This document shows positions 1 through 12,495 of a DNA stretch of 64,000 nucleotides, one piece after another. The DNA is taken from the NCBI GenBank assembly GCA_021613535.1, contig CP075496.1, positions 8,680,001 through 8,744,000 of the forward strand. Direction: 5' to 3'. The translations under genes were made by a program, and so were the position numbers. Numbering within the stretch: the stretch's first letter is position 1; each line of letters opens with the position of its first letter. This DNA comes from Adineta vaga. Lineage: Eukaryota > Animalia > Rotifera. The notes below the pieces were generated by a model that worked only from the letters and a program-made list of their open reading frames with translations, was not told the DNA's origin and made no database searches.

Positions 1-973
1 GAATTATTTATGTCATAATATTCTGTAGTACCATCTGCAGGAAGAAAATGTTCATTTTTCATTGTAGTTAAAATCAATTGACATTTTTCATGTAAAGTTA
101 ATGTTAAAAATATTGGGTCATCAAGAAGTTGTTTACCGATTGTATGAAGACGTGCTAATTGAAGAAGAATACCATGTGGATGAAAACATTGAATAATTGA
201 TAGAGCATTCAGTAATGCTTTTCCTTCTGTACTAATATCTTCTTGAGTTTTCATATCCTGAAGAAGAGCTAAGCCAGTTTGTCGAGATATCAATCGAGCT
301 ATTTCTAATGAATAATATTCACGAGTAAGATTACGTGAATCAAGTGGAATTGATTTGGAAGCATCCATAGAAGGTGGAAAATAATGTTTGAACACATCAA
401 AACCTAACAGGCCGTATGTTGACGAGATCAGATTAGCATTATGAATTCCTAAATAATATGAAAATACAGATTGTATGCAATTTCACTTGGTATCACATAG
501 AAATTCATATGAAACTTACGATTTTTTCGAGTAGACATAATTTCATTCAGAAGAACTCGAATATGTTTATCTTGAAGTGATCTTTGTATGAAATATTTTT
601 GCCATGTATAACCATCAGGTAGTTCAGGAGATTTCTGTGCGGCAAACAATAAATAATTTTCATTGGAATATGAAATGCTTCGAACTGAATAGGTGTACCT
701 GAAAGAAACAAATATGATTCTATAACTATTCTGATATATGATAGATTGTAACATTTTGCGAAGTAAATTCTTTAGAATTCTCCCATTCTCATTTTCCTAG
801 TGTACAACATTCATATACCGTTCTAGATAATACTGTTGCCATATTTTATCATCACGAACAATTACATTCAATCTACGGCATGTTTGAGCTAGAGCAGATG
901 CTGCTTCTGGAGAAAGATGTGCAAGAATATATCTGAATAGTTCTGGCGGAAGAGCATCCAATGAGCAAGACAT
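1..973 (-). CDS. F-box protein, FBXO21-like; 5' part only, runs off the window start
   Basis: ATG at 973 gives MSCSLDALPPELFRYILAHLSPEAASALAQTCRRLNVIVRDDKIWQQYY (F-box). GT-AG introns at 818-699 and about 520-449. Later exon contains NLTREYYS and EYYDINNS, resembling the LTxKYY and YYxxxNS motifs of FBXO21/SirB1-type transglutaminase-like regions. Confidence 0.75.
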
Positions 974-3887
974 TGTGAATATCGATATTTTATCGATAAA
1001 ATGACATATATAAAATATAAAAGTAAAATATCAGATTATATTAACTAATAGAATCATAAAAAAGAGTACAATACTGTTCAGACTCTTTTCATATTAATTG
1101 TATGAGTATGAATTCTTCTTCCAAAAAAGAAACATCGATTCTCTTCTTCTTAATCTTAAGTTCTGTTATAACAGCTGATAGTATAGCCATTAAAGGAATG
1201 AATGTGCCTCTACAAAATTTCTGACTAAAATGATAGTAAAATATGAAAAGTTTTATTATTACTCAAAAACTTTAGTGTACTGTTCATAGGAGATATGCGC
1301 ATATTAATAGACAAATGTAATTATGGGTGATGATTTGAGGATATAGATACGTTTGTTTTTGACATGTAGTATACACTGATGCACCTAACTAGTGACGCGA
1401 TGTAGATAGCATTATTCAGCACTATATTGACTGGAACAATGCACTTTTACATGAGAAAGTTGTGTGTTTATATTATCTCATAGAACGAATGATGAACGTT
1501 GATTTAATGAAGGCAATATAACATCATGAAAAAAATGATTATTTGATGTACTTGTAAACACTTGCTCTTCATCATTCTGTTTGATTAACGTAGGCATCAA
1601 TTCAAGAGATCCATTTGATTAGATCATATAATTATAATCTAAAACATAACAATCAATTCCACAATTTATCTATAGAGTTAATAATCGACCTTTTCGAGTA
1701 GTATTATAGGGACTTAGTAAAAAAAAATTTACAATCCGTACACTTAACGAAGTATATTGTTGTGAAAAGAATAGTTTCCAATAAATAAAGAAGCATTTGA
1801 ATGATTATCAAGATGATTAGCAAAGTTCAATAGTTCACTTTTATTTTCATCACTACATAGAAGGAATAAGACGTCATGATTTACCCAACCTACATCATAA
1901 CTACCAGACAGCATAAATAAGCTCCCATTTCATTAGATCGATTTAGTCACGCTGCTGCAGGAAATGGTATCTATTTATAATATTTTCTACCTCAAAACTA
2001 GTGCAATTATCCTTTAACATCAATAATTGACTAGTTGCTTGAATAGGTATTTCAGTTTGATTAAACTATCAATTAGGATTTCGTCAATCATGAATTAACC
2101 AAACTTGAAGAGCACAATGAACAGTTTCTTGTTTTGGCCGAATCATTAATTCTCAGACATGTTGCCATGTTAGTATCATAGCATCAAAGATGCATATTTC
2201 CATTATGTGAAAACAAAACTTAAAATAACTATATTAATATTACTGAAAGATAATCGGATGCTACATAAAATAGTTGAAGTTTCATTTTGGCTATGACATA
2301 AGCTTTGACCTAAGAAAATTGGAATAAGCCACTATTTACATAGAAATTATAGAGAATCATTGACCAATTAGTATTTTTAAGAGAGTGAATATTGTATGTG
2401 TACATTGATATTCCTCGATATCTCAATGAATATGTACTGAATATTCACCGTGTTGCTGTTTGACATCAGTATTAGGTCTTTCAAATATGAAAGATATATT
2501 CTATATATTTGTACCATGCAATTAATAATCCAGGTACATTGAAAGCTGATTATGACAGAACTTGACTGATATATTGGATAATTTTTTTCTTATAATTAAT
2601 CTAACTTAATCAGTACTTTCGCGACGACTATTACAACATGAAAATGAAATATACCATCATTTAACTTTGACGTTTTAATAAATTAGTATTTCTACTTAGC
2701 TGCCACTTCAAGCAGTATGATTTCATTCTACAGCGATACTCGTGTTTTTCAGCAACATTTGCAGTACCACCATGTCCAACGTCTACTGCTGGAAATGTAA
2801 CTGTATTGCGGGTCACAAACGATCCAACAACAAATGGTCATGTTTTTTAAACTCGTTGCTGTTACTAATTCTAGTAGATCATCAAAAAGGGACTCGTACA
2901 ATCTGCGAAATGAATAAATAAATTGCTGTGATCATTTATGCTTGTAGTAAATGCGACTTATGATATTCAGTTATATTTACAAAAGTATTAATCAAAACCA
3001 ATTCAAAATATATGCTAGTTTAAAAATAACACATTTCTAAAAAAAATTTCCTATATATTGTATACTCTCTTCTTCTACTGATTACAATTCTAATTCTAAA
3101 TCGGAGGTATTCATCAATGTCTGTATTTATCCTTCAATATGATGAGCATGTCTTCGATTTATAGCACATGTTTCTACCTGTTCCTGTTGTAGATGCTTTT
3201 TAGTTATTGCTTACTTGATAGGAATGATCATATCGAGAATATCACGAATACTAACTGAAAAATACATCAAATACTTGATAGTATGAACTGAGCATAGAAA
3301 ACAAAGTTTGTTTATTCATTGACTCTTGTCTATTCTGTATGTCTGTCTAATAAATGTCGACTCTAACGCAGGGAAATTCTGCTGTATTTATCATAAGCTA
3401 TCACTATTTCCTTTTGTTGTCTCTAATTGATAGATTGAGATCTTTAGAAATTTAGCTTAGAAATGTACAACTATATACGTTCCTTTTATCATCACTCTTA
3501 TCAGCAATTCAAACAATGTACAGTGTGAAAAATGCATTGCGTCTCATTCATAGTCTTAAAAGGCTATTTTAAACTTCAAAATATAATGTTGTCTTTTGTT
3601 TTGTTTGATAAAAATTGTATGTGAAAAAAAGAATTTAGATTACTAGTTTAAACTGAAAGTATATTCAATAAGGCGTTGCCTATGAAAAATCTTATAAGAT
3701 GAGAATATATTTCTGAATGAAAAAGAATTTTCTAAAGCAAGAGAAAAGAACTCTTATAAATGAAAGGTGAATCCCATTAAAATGTAAATGAATTAAGAAT
3801 AAAAACTAGTTACATTCTCTATTTCTTAAACACAAAAGAAAAATAACTATTGCACTCTGTTGTTTGACAAAACTCGATTAGTTTACA

Positions 3888-5463
3888 ATGTTTTCGACAC
3901 AGCAGCAAAGTGCATCGGTTGAACCTTTAACTGCACCCACTTCAATATTTGGATCAACGCCAATGCAAGGAATTTCAACAACACCCACTGCGGCACCACT
4001 AGAAGGATTTTCATTACCATCTGCACCATCATCAACATCAATGTCAGCACTAAAGTCTGCAACAACACTGACACCAGGTTTCGAATCCTCACCGGCACCT
4101 GAACCTTTGCAAACATTTACATCGGCATTTTCATCAACACCGGCGACAACATCAGCCTTTAAATCTGCATCAACACTGTCACCGGCATCAGCAGAACCAA
4201 CGCCATCAGTATCTACAACTGTATCATCACAAGGATTTGCGTCAACATCTTCAACAGCAGCAACATTACCACCAGGTCAAACATTTTCATCAACATTCAC
4301 ATCTGCATCAAAGATAACACCACCAATATCAATGGCAACTACTAATGCTGCATCAACACTGACACCAGCACCCGTATCAGCCATTAAATCTGCACAAACA
4401 CTAATACCAGGATTATCATCACCAATGGCTCCAACATTCCAAGCTGCATCTACAAGAGCATCCAATTCAGCATCCTCAGCAGCATCGATGACTCAATCTA
4501 ATAATGCATCAGGATCAGGATCAGCATCAGCATCATCTTCCTCTGCAACAGCAACAGCTTTGAATGAATCAAAGTCTACGTTAACAAAAGTGATTATATC
4601 AACATCTGGTGGCAAAGTTTCACCAGCACCCTCAGCTGGTCGTTCACAAGCACAAGCATTCGAATCGACCATCTCAAAAACACAAATTATTACAGAACAA
4701 GGTGGTAAACTTGAAAAGCGATGTAAACCAGGCCTCGGGTAAGTCCTCTCTATCTATATTGCATACGAATAAAAGGTATATGTTTCTATCAATTAAGTGG
4801 AGATTGTTGTCCTAAACCATTAGCTATTGGAGTACTTGTTGGTGGTATTATTGCTGGCATTGTATTAATGGCATTAGTAGGTGTCTATATACGAGATAAA
4901 GGCAAGTATTTAGTAGAATTAGACTCTTTCACTATAATGTCCACTAAAGTTTCACGAGAGGGAGCAGTTATACAGCTATGAGAATGAAATTTGTAGATAA
5001 ACTATATAACAAATCAATGCATAGATTTCTATATCGACCAATTTCATATTATTTCAGATAAAACATCGACAATTGATAATATTTTGAATGGCGTTGGTGC
5101 ACCAAACACTACCCAGGCAACCAATACAACAAACCCAAGAGTGGTAAGCACAACCGATTCTCAATCGCCTAGTACAACCAATTCTCAGTCGCCTAGTACA
5201 ACCAATTCTCAGTCGTCTAGTACAACCAAATCTCAGTCGTCTAGCACACCAAAAGGACAGACATCGAGCACACCAAAGGACAAACATCGAGCACAACCGA
5301 TTTGCAATCGTCAAGTACGACAGGCTACGACTCATCATCATCAACAGCAGGTTCTGTTAACTTGGCAGGTAGTGAGGATGGTAGTGGTGATGGTAGTGGC
5401 GATGGTAGTGGTAGCACTCAAGGTGTCGCGTATGTACCGCAGGCAGCAGCTGGTGACAATTGA
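3888..5463 (+). CDS. Ser/Thr/Ala-rich single-pass membrane protein, 3 exons, one apparent frameshift
   Basis: Exons 3888-4738, 4798-4901 (GDCCPKPLAIGVLVGGIIAGIVLMALVGVYIRDK, a TM helix) and 5058-5463. Phases agree if intron 2 uses a GC donor (AG|GCAAGT). One A is missing in the second PKGQTSST repeat at about 5275. Restoring it gives ...GSEDGSGDGSGDGSGSTQG...GDN stop at 5463. Confidence 0.7.
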
Positions 5464-6275
5464 TCAGAAGTATCAAACAATAAATAAAAAGGACATTTTA
5501 AATTTAATCATTCATTCTTCCATATGGATCAAAATTTTTCTATGAGTTATCTGACCTATACGATAAAGTCTTCTCTCAAAAAATACTCCTTCTATATCTC
5601 GATAATTCGAATAAAAAAAACATACTTAAAATTTACCATATTCTTTATGTTCTGTATCATTAATTAATCAGAATAATAAAAAAAGATGAAATCGTATCAA
5701 TTTCCAGACAATATTGAAAAAAACAAATGACATAACACAAATATGTAAACTAGAAAAATAGTAATTACAATGAATATTATTACATTATTTACATAAAAAA
5801 AAAGAAGTGTAATAGAGAATTTCTATGTTAATCATACAAACAAATATCATCATAGGAATAATCGAAAGAGTATATTTTACGTATGCATACTGGAAAACAA
5901 TTATGGCAACAGTTATAAGAAATAAAATACGCAATACGAAATCAATAATATATGTGATGTTTTGTTGTTCTACAAAAGAATGGTATGACTTTATTTTTCA
6001 TGAAAAGTATTTACAGAATGACTTTTTATAACAAAATATGTATTAATAAGATTTTTTTAAGACATTTACTTAGTCTGAAGTAACTCGAGTAAAACAACAT
6101 ATAATAATTAGTATGATTATGAACAGAAAACTTTTAAGAAAATGACTACACCAACTTTCGTTGACAATAAGGAACTACTATATCTTCGTCAGATTAAACT
6201 ATAAAATCTTCTACTATGCAGAGAAAATGACAATCAAAATTCGATACGTTTCAATTGTAATAATGATAATATTTA

Positions 6276-8000
6276 TTATCGAATCCATATCTGTACAGAA
6301 GTAAGATTGCTAGATGTACCTCCTGTAATTACACAAGTTCTTGGTAGAAAATTTTTCAAAAATGTCACAAGTTCATCTTCTACATTACATTCATTGATTT
6401 TTCGAACTTGACCATAATTTTCGCATCGAACATTTAACATTCGAAGTTGTTTCATTTCATTGACAAGAACAAGAATATCGATTCGTGTTTCGACTGTAAT
6501 AAACAATATTTCACATTGAATTCCTAATGTTGAACACGTCAATTGTCTACATTGTTCCTCATTGAAACATCCAAATTCAGATAAATCAAGTCGACGAATC
6601 GATAAATTTTTCAGACTAAACAAAAGTCTATATGAAACTGGACATTCTTTCAATGTTAATGAATAAAGTTTAGTGGTACATCGAAGTAGATTTTTCAATT
6701 GTATTTTACCAACGATAGTTCTGACTGATTTAACAGTTAATGAAATTAATCGATGTAAATTTGGAACCATAAACCAAAAACTATCATCAATTGGAAGATA
6801 TATTTCAAGATTTTCTACTTCATTAAATCGAATAGAATGACGATTCGAACTATAATATGTTAAGTTTTTCACCTCATCATACGACCAATGAATATCATTA
6901 TTAGGACAGGTCGATTGAAATTTAAGATCGGAATTTATCAGAAATTGATTGAAATTATATGGCAACGTATAAAAAGAAATTTTCACAAGTAAATTCAATG
7001 TAAACCAATGACATTGCACGAACCATTGACGTTCAACAAGCCAAAATTGACTACGAAATGATTGAAGCAATCGATCGGGTTGACCATTTATTTTACTAAT
7101 CCATCTTCGAGAAACATCCATTTTTAAATGAAAATTTTTTAAATTAGGTAAATAATTCGTAATTATCTCTTTCCATTCATCTCCATCGACAAACACATAC
7201 GATAATTCAATAGTCAAATGAGTTAAATTTGGCATATAATGTAAAAGATGATTTGTTACATGAGATGAATATTGAAGTGAAATTTTCAATTTTTTTAACG
7301 ATAAAATTGGAGATGATATTGATTGATAATCATAATTATGATCCAGTGTGATATATAAGTTGACGAGATTAATTGTATTTTCAAATAAACGATGTAATTC
7401 ATTTGAATCATATGAAAAACCATCGAGATATAAATAGTTGATTGATGTAGAAAGACTTTTTGGTGAAATAAAAAAAGGATTCCATAGATATTTCTTTCTT
7501 TCAAATCGACAATGTGTTAATTTTGATAAATTCCAAATTTGATCAAATATTGATCCATGATTAATCAATTCATCGTCAATTTCACATTGTTTGATTTGTA
7601 GACGAGTAAAATTATTCAAATGATGTAGTTCATTGATAATTAATCGAAGATGTTCGGCTGAATGAATATGATTTAATGTAAGAGATTTTAAATAAATGAA
7701 TTGATGAAATTGATATCCATAGGAGAGAAAAAGAGTTGTATGTTGAACAGATTTATTTTCATCGAAAAGTTGAATGGAAATAATTCGATTAAGAAATTGT
7801 GAAAGATATTTTTGACAAATAATATCGAAACTGATTTTTGTTATGGAATAAAGATTGAAATGACCATGTATTTGTAAATGAAGGAAAATAAGTTTACTAA
7901 AACGATAATTAAGATTATAGAATGCATGAAATTGATCAGCAATATGAAGATAATCAAAGATATCGAGTAATAATTCATTAGCTAAGATTTCTAAATGCAT
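6276..8000 (-). CDS. F-box-like/LRR (RNI-like) protein of the bdelloid-expanded type, intronless
   Basis: 574-aa ORF beginning LEILANELLLDIFDYL, followed by repeated LxxLxL motifs and YTLPY. Confidence 0.85.
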   Translation of the reverse strand: MHLEILANELLLDIFDYLHIADQFHAFYNLNYRFSKLIFLHLQIHGHFNLYSITKISFDIICQKYLSQFLNRIISIQLFDENKSVQHTTLFLSYGYQFHQFIYLKSLTLNHIHSAEHLRLIINELHHLNNFTRLQIKQCEIDDELINHGSIFDQIWNLSKLTHCRFERKKYLWNPFFISPKSLSTSINYLYLDGFSYDSNELHRLFENTINLVNLYITLDHNYDYQSISSPILSLKKLKISLQYSSHVTNHLLHYMPNLTHLTIELSYVFVDGDEWKEIITNYLPNLKNFHLKMDVSRRWISKINGQPDRLLQSFRSQFWLVERQWFVQCHWFTLNLLVKISFYTLPYNFNQFLINSDLKFQSTCPNNDIHWSYDEVKNLTYYSSNRHSIRFNEVENLEIYLPIDDSFWFMVPNLHRLISLTVKSVRTIVGKIQLKNLLRCTTKLYSLTLKECPVSYRLLFSLKNLSIRRLDLSEFGCFNEEQCRQLTCSTLGIQCEILFITVETRIDILVLVNEMKQLRMLNVRCENYGQVRKINECNVEDELVTFLKNFLPRTCVITGGTSSNLTSVQIWIR

Positions 8001-8876
8001 TGTTTGAAGAAGAAATAAAACTGTTTATCTTTTGCTTTTCAATGATTATTCATTCTCTTCTCTCTTTTTTTTCTTTACTTTTTATGAGAGTAGCGAGTAA
8101 GCATGTTGACGGCAACGTCAATCTTTTTCTTTCCATTATTTATTCTCATAAAGAAGGTATGCATCTGTGAAAATATACATCTGTTTTGTTACATGTAGAA
8201 AAAGAAAAAAATAGAAGTTTCATAATTCATTCGATGATGTTATGAATCATATACATGGTTGAACTTGTAGGAGAAATACAACAACGTTCTGATGAAAATG
8301 TGGAATAAGTAGATTTTTTTGTGAATAATGTATATATAACGTCAAAGAAGCACTGATTTGATTGACAACATTAATAAGAAGCAAAGGAATACATTTGTTT
8401 GATGTAATTGAAACAGACGTGAGTGTTTTTACTTATTCAGAAATATCTGAATGGATAATTTTTAGAATGTATCCAATAATTCACTGCAAATACTACCAAT
8501 AAAATGTGTGCTCAGTCTTTGTAAAATTGACCAATGATATAAAGATTCTTATTCAACTGCTCTCATTTTAGGTTTGATCACATATTTTACTTCCTAAAAT
8601 ACGATACTTGTAAATATTTAATATTTTCTTGCAAAAAGTACATGAAATTCAACCAATCAGTTCTTTTATAACTATTTAGCATAGCCGCATAATGTATGAA
8701 TATCACTTCCGTCATACCAATCTGATACGTAGGCAAGTTTTTATTGTAACTTGATAGGCATATAGTCTAGTTCAAATTCCAAGTCAATATTGTCTGCTGT
8801 TGCTATATAAAAATGTTCGTAGATGATTACAATGCATTACCTATTATTTGCTTTGAATCAGTGAAACAAGTGAGAG

Positions 8877-9965
8877 ATGTATTCCAAGAAGTTTGCATGT
8901 ATGGTTTTGCTGCCCATTGGCTATGTTCAATAACAATACTTGCCGTACCGATGCCAAGTGGACCATTACGATCCCATATAACTGGTGGATTTAAAGGTGA
9001 TTTTGAATTGATGTTTTTTCTGTTTAATCAATGTGTGTTGTATGCTCTCTTTTTAGCAATTCAAACATGAAGCAGTCGATCCGATCTGGACTGTAGTCAG
9101 TTCACCAGTGATTATGATATTCTCTGTCATTTTCCTTTTTTCATCATGGTCAATCCAATAAATTCTGATTGGTCAAAGAGTACGGCTACGACGAACGAAG
9201 CTGGAACATTGGTTGTTAATCTTCGTTTACTTAACGAACTAAGTGTACCATTAAGTATTTTTTGTTTGAAAAATCTTCAATCTTTATACATCTCCAGTAC
9301 ACCGTTTCCCAACAGTAGGTTATCTTCGTGAAGAAATAGTTAGAACTTAATTGATAATTCTAGATATTGTACCAGATGATCTCAAGAATTTAAAGCAACT
9401 GGCTGAGCTTCAAATTTATAATTCGCCTGTTAAAAATATGACGGAGCAATTGGGTTCATTGACAAATCTTAATAGGCTATATTTGCAGAGCTGCTCATTA
9501 ACTCGTTTGCCTGATTTGAGTGGACTTTATAGATTACAAGGTGTTTATCTTGATAACAATCGTTTACATGAAGTCACTGGTTTGAACAGTGTAACTGATC
9601 TTGGCCTTAGCGATAACCTATTTATTCAGATTCCTATATTAGCAAATCCCGGAGATCTTCGTTCTTTGACATTGGATAGAAATCCTCTGAAAAATATGTT
9701 GGCAATTACTTCACATACTAATATATACTATCTCAATCTACAAAATTCAAATCTAACATCGGTTCCAGCGACAATTGATAAATTACAAAATCTTGAACAG
9801 CTCTATTTATCTTACAACAAATTATTTTATATTCCGACGAATATTTTGAAACTAACTAAACTTCAATATCTCTATATTCAAAACAATCTATTTTCCACCA
9901 GTGATCTTCAAACAATTAAAAACCAATTCAATAAAACGCTTCCAAGTGTGAAGTTGTATTCATAA
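8877..9965 (+). pseudogene. Secreted leucine-rich-repeat protein with an in-frame stop and a probable frameshift
   Basis: Three exons: 8877-about 8996, 9057-9314, 9364-9965. Phases are compatible and LxxLxLxxNxL repeats are clear. In-frame TGA at 9068-9070. A signal peptide (MYSKKFACMVLLPIWLCSITILA) appears if one T is added at about 8918. TATAAAA lies at about 8806. Confidence 0.7.
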
Positions 9966-12495
9966 ATAGTGAATATCACTTCTGCTCCATATTTACTTGA
10001 ACTTAAAGTATGAAAAAGAAAAATATTTATCATTTTATTGTGCTATTTTACTCTTTTAAATAAAATATACCACGATACAATCGGAAGTACTTTGAAGATA
10101 GATGTTGAAAGAATAGCGAAATGTTTTCACATCAATTTCTACATTTATGAACAAAATCAGAATTTGTCTAAACACATCTGTTGAATCTATTTTTCTTCCG
10201 ATTCATTATATGATATGAATAAAATGAGAATTGATGTGTTTTTTACTCTCATTCAGTCAAAAATAGAAATGTTGTCAAAAACATCTACTAGATATTAAAA
10301 ACCTTTTCAACCCGATAATAATGTGTTTCTTTTTTTAATTCCATAGTTACCAAACATCCTTCCTTCAAACGTTAGAAGACAAAAACAAAAGGATGATATT
10401 TCTTTCCAGAAGAAATTATTATTAATTCATTAAAATACGTTACTGTTCGATACTGGACCACTTCTCCTAATCAGAATAAAGATGACAAAAAGAATGGTTT
10501 CCGTCATTTTTGAAATTCAATTCCCCGTTCAAATCTTATATCATGCCATATCACTTCAATCCACTCGTACTGTTTCACTATTCACCATGAACATAATTAA
10601 TTCTTATGCTCCCTAATAAAACTTTATATTTATATTAAGCACATCTTCTTCATAATGATGATGATTATTATTCATTATTGACAGATTTTCTTCCACTAAA
10701 AACAAAAGAATTCGAACAATAACACGTCAAAGAAAAAAAATCGCTCTACTGAATCTCTGACGTATTCTGTTAGTTGGACGAGTGTTTTCTTTCCTTGTTT
10801 CTATAATATTTTCAAATTTCTCCTTTATTTCTCATAAATACCAACAGAATAAACGGTTTATTAGCACCTTTTCTTTTTCCAAAGAAAAATCAATTCATCT
10901 TTGCTTCGGTGAAATACAAATTCTATACAATTGTTCGTTCGTCATTTCTAAAAAAAGATTTCTTTTAGTTTCTATACATTTATCTAATGAAAATAACTCT
11001 ACTAGAAGTTATTGTTACATGTGAAACCATAGTATTTCATAGCCTGAATAAATTTTCTTCAAATCTGACGTAATGACAGTTCGATATTAAATGAGATAAC
11101 ATACAGTAGCACATTTTTTCCTACTGTAATCGAAAGAAAACAGTATGACTCTTAAATATTAAATTTTACTATCGATCATAATTTAACGAACAGTCTGCGA
11201 AAAATATTCCCAATTATTTTTAACGGAAAAAATAGGTGCTAAAACGACGGCACGCGTACCAAGAAGATAAAATTGCAAAGAAAATTCATTAATAATAAGG
11301 AGTTCTTTTTTCACGTTTATAAAATTTAATAATATATGGAAAACAAACGATTTGAAAAGTTTTCTTTTTAAAAAACACTTTCTTATAATATTAGAAGTCG
11401 AAGACTTTCATCGGATGTTAAACAAAAAACACATTTTTGTCAATGATCAACTTTATGAAAATGGCATTGCTTACGTAATTTTGCTTTATTTTTTTCCCTA
11501 ATGGAAGCAATATGAATTGATTATCAATTAGAAAATTGAGAGTTCCTTTAGGTATAATTTCTCATTCTAATTTAGAGAAAAGGAAAAACATTTTTTTACT
11601 TGACAACAAGCGCATCAAAGGAAAAATATAGGAGAGGAACAGAAAGAGGAAGAGAGAGAGAGAAAAGGAAAAAAGCTAGTTCTTGATTTGAAACAAGTTT
11701 CTTTTCAGTCATTGTTTTTCATAATCGACACTTCGTCTCTTTTTTTTCCTATCTACTTATCAGGAGAGAAATAGACAAACTTTTTTTCATATAGACACCT
11801 TTCTTTACCAGTTCATAAAAGGGATTTTCATCAAAAGACTAAATTGCTTTAGTGGGATTTCTTTAAGAAATAAATCTCACATGAGAATAAACCATGAATA
11901 TCATTTAGTTGAGACGGTATTTTTGTTCATCTCGTTAAAAGATTAGGTGGCTTGTTTTTCTTTCGTATGAAAAAAAATCTACCAAATTTACAGCAGCTTT
12001 TTATATCATTAAAAAAATGAAATACTAAACTTCTTTATTTTAATTTTATGTTGTACATAATATAGATAGAAAAGCATCCACCTCATGTTCATGTTTTAGT
12101 AATAAAAAAAAACATTCAATATATATGCCATTTAACAATACATGTCACTTATTGTAAACCATTTTTATTCTCTAATTTTTATGCATTATTGCTTATGAAG
12201 TGTTTTCTTACTTGCTAGGTGAACGACACAAAGTAAAAAACAACTCTCAACAAATGAATATATTACAATCTTTTTCTTCGCTTTATATTACAATATCACT
12301 TGATGTCTTTCTCTTTGTAGATATACTACCAACTTTTTATATGTAATAAATAAAAACAGTATTTGAAACGTACGATTACTGATAATAATTCAATCTCATT
12401 TTAATTTCTTGTCCACAAAAGATATTAGGAAGACAAATCTTCTACTTTTCAATTTTTCCCATTCATTTCTATTCTAGATAAATATCTGCGTCGAA

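Noticed and set aside
1200-2920. Exon-like fragments, e.g. 2734-2836 RYSCFSATFAVPPCPTSTAGNVTVLRV, and a TACACTG Tc1-like end near 1372
   Set aside because: No start, no coherent gene model and no partner inverted repeat found. May be decayed gene or transposon debris.
9068-9070. In-frame TGA as selenocysteine
   Set aside because: Not in a redox motif, no SECIS recognised downstream, and CGA-to-TGA mutation is simpler.
10400-10700. Minus-strand fragments resembling exons (MNNNHHHYEED...)
   Set aside because: Stops follow quickly and no family is recognisable.
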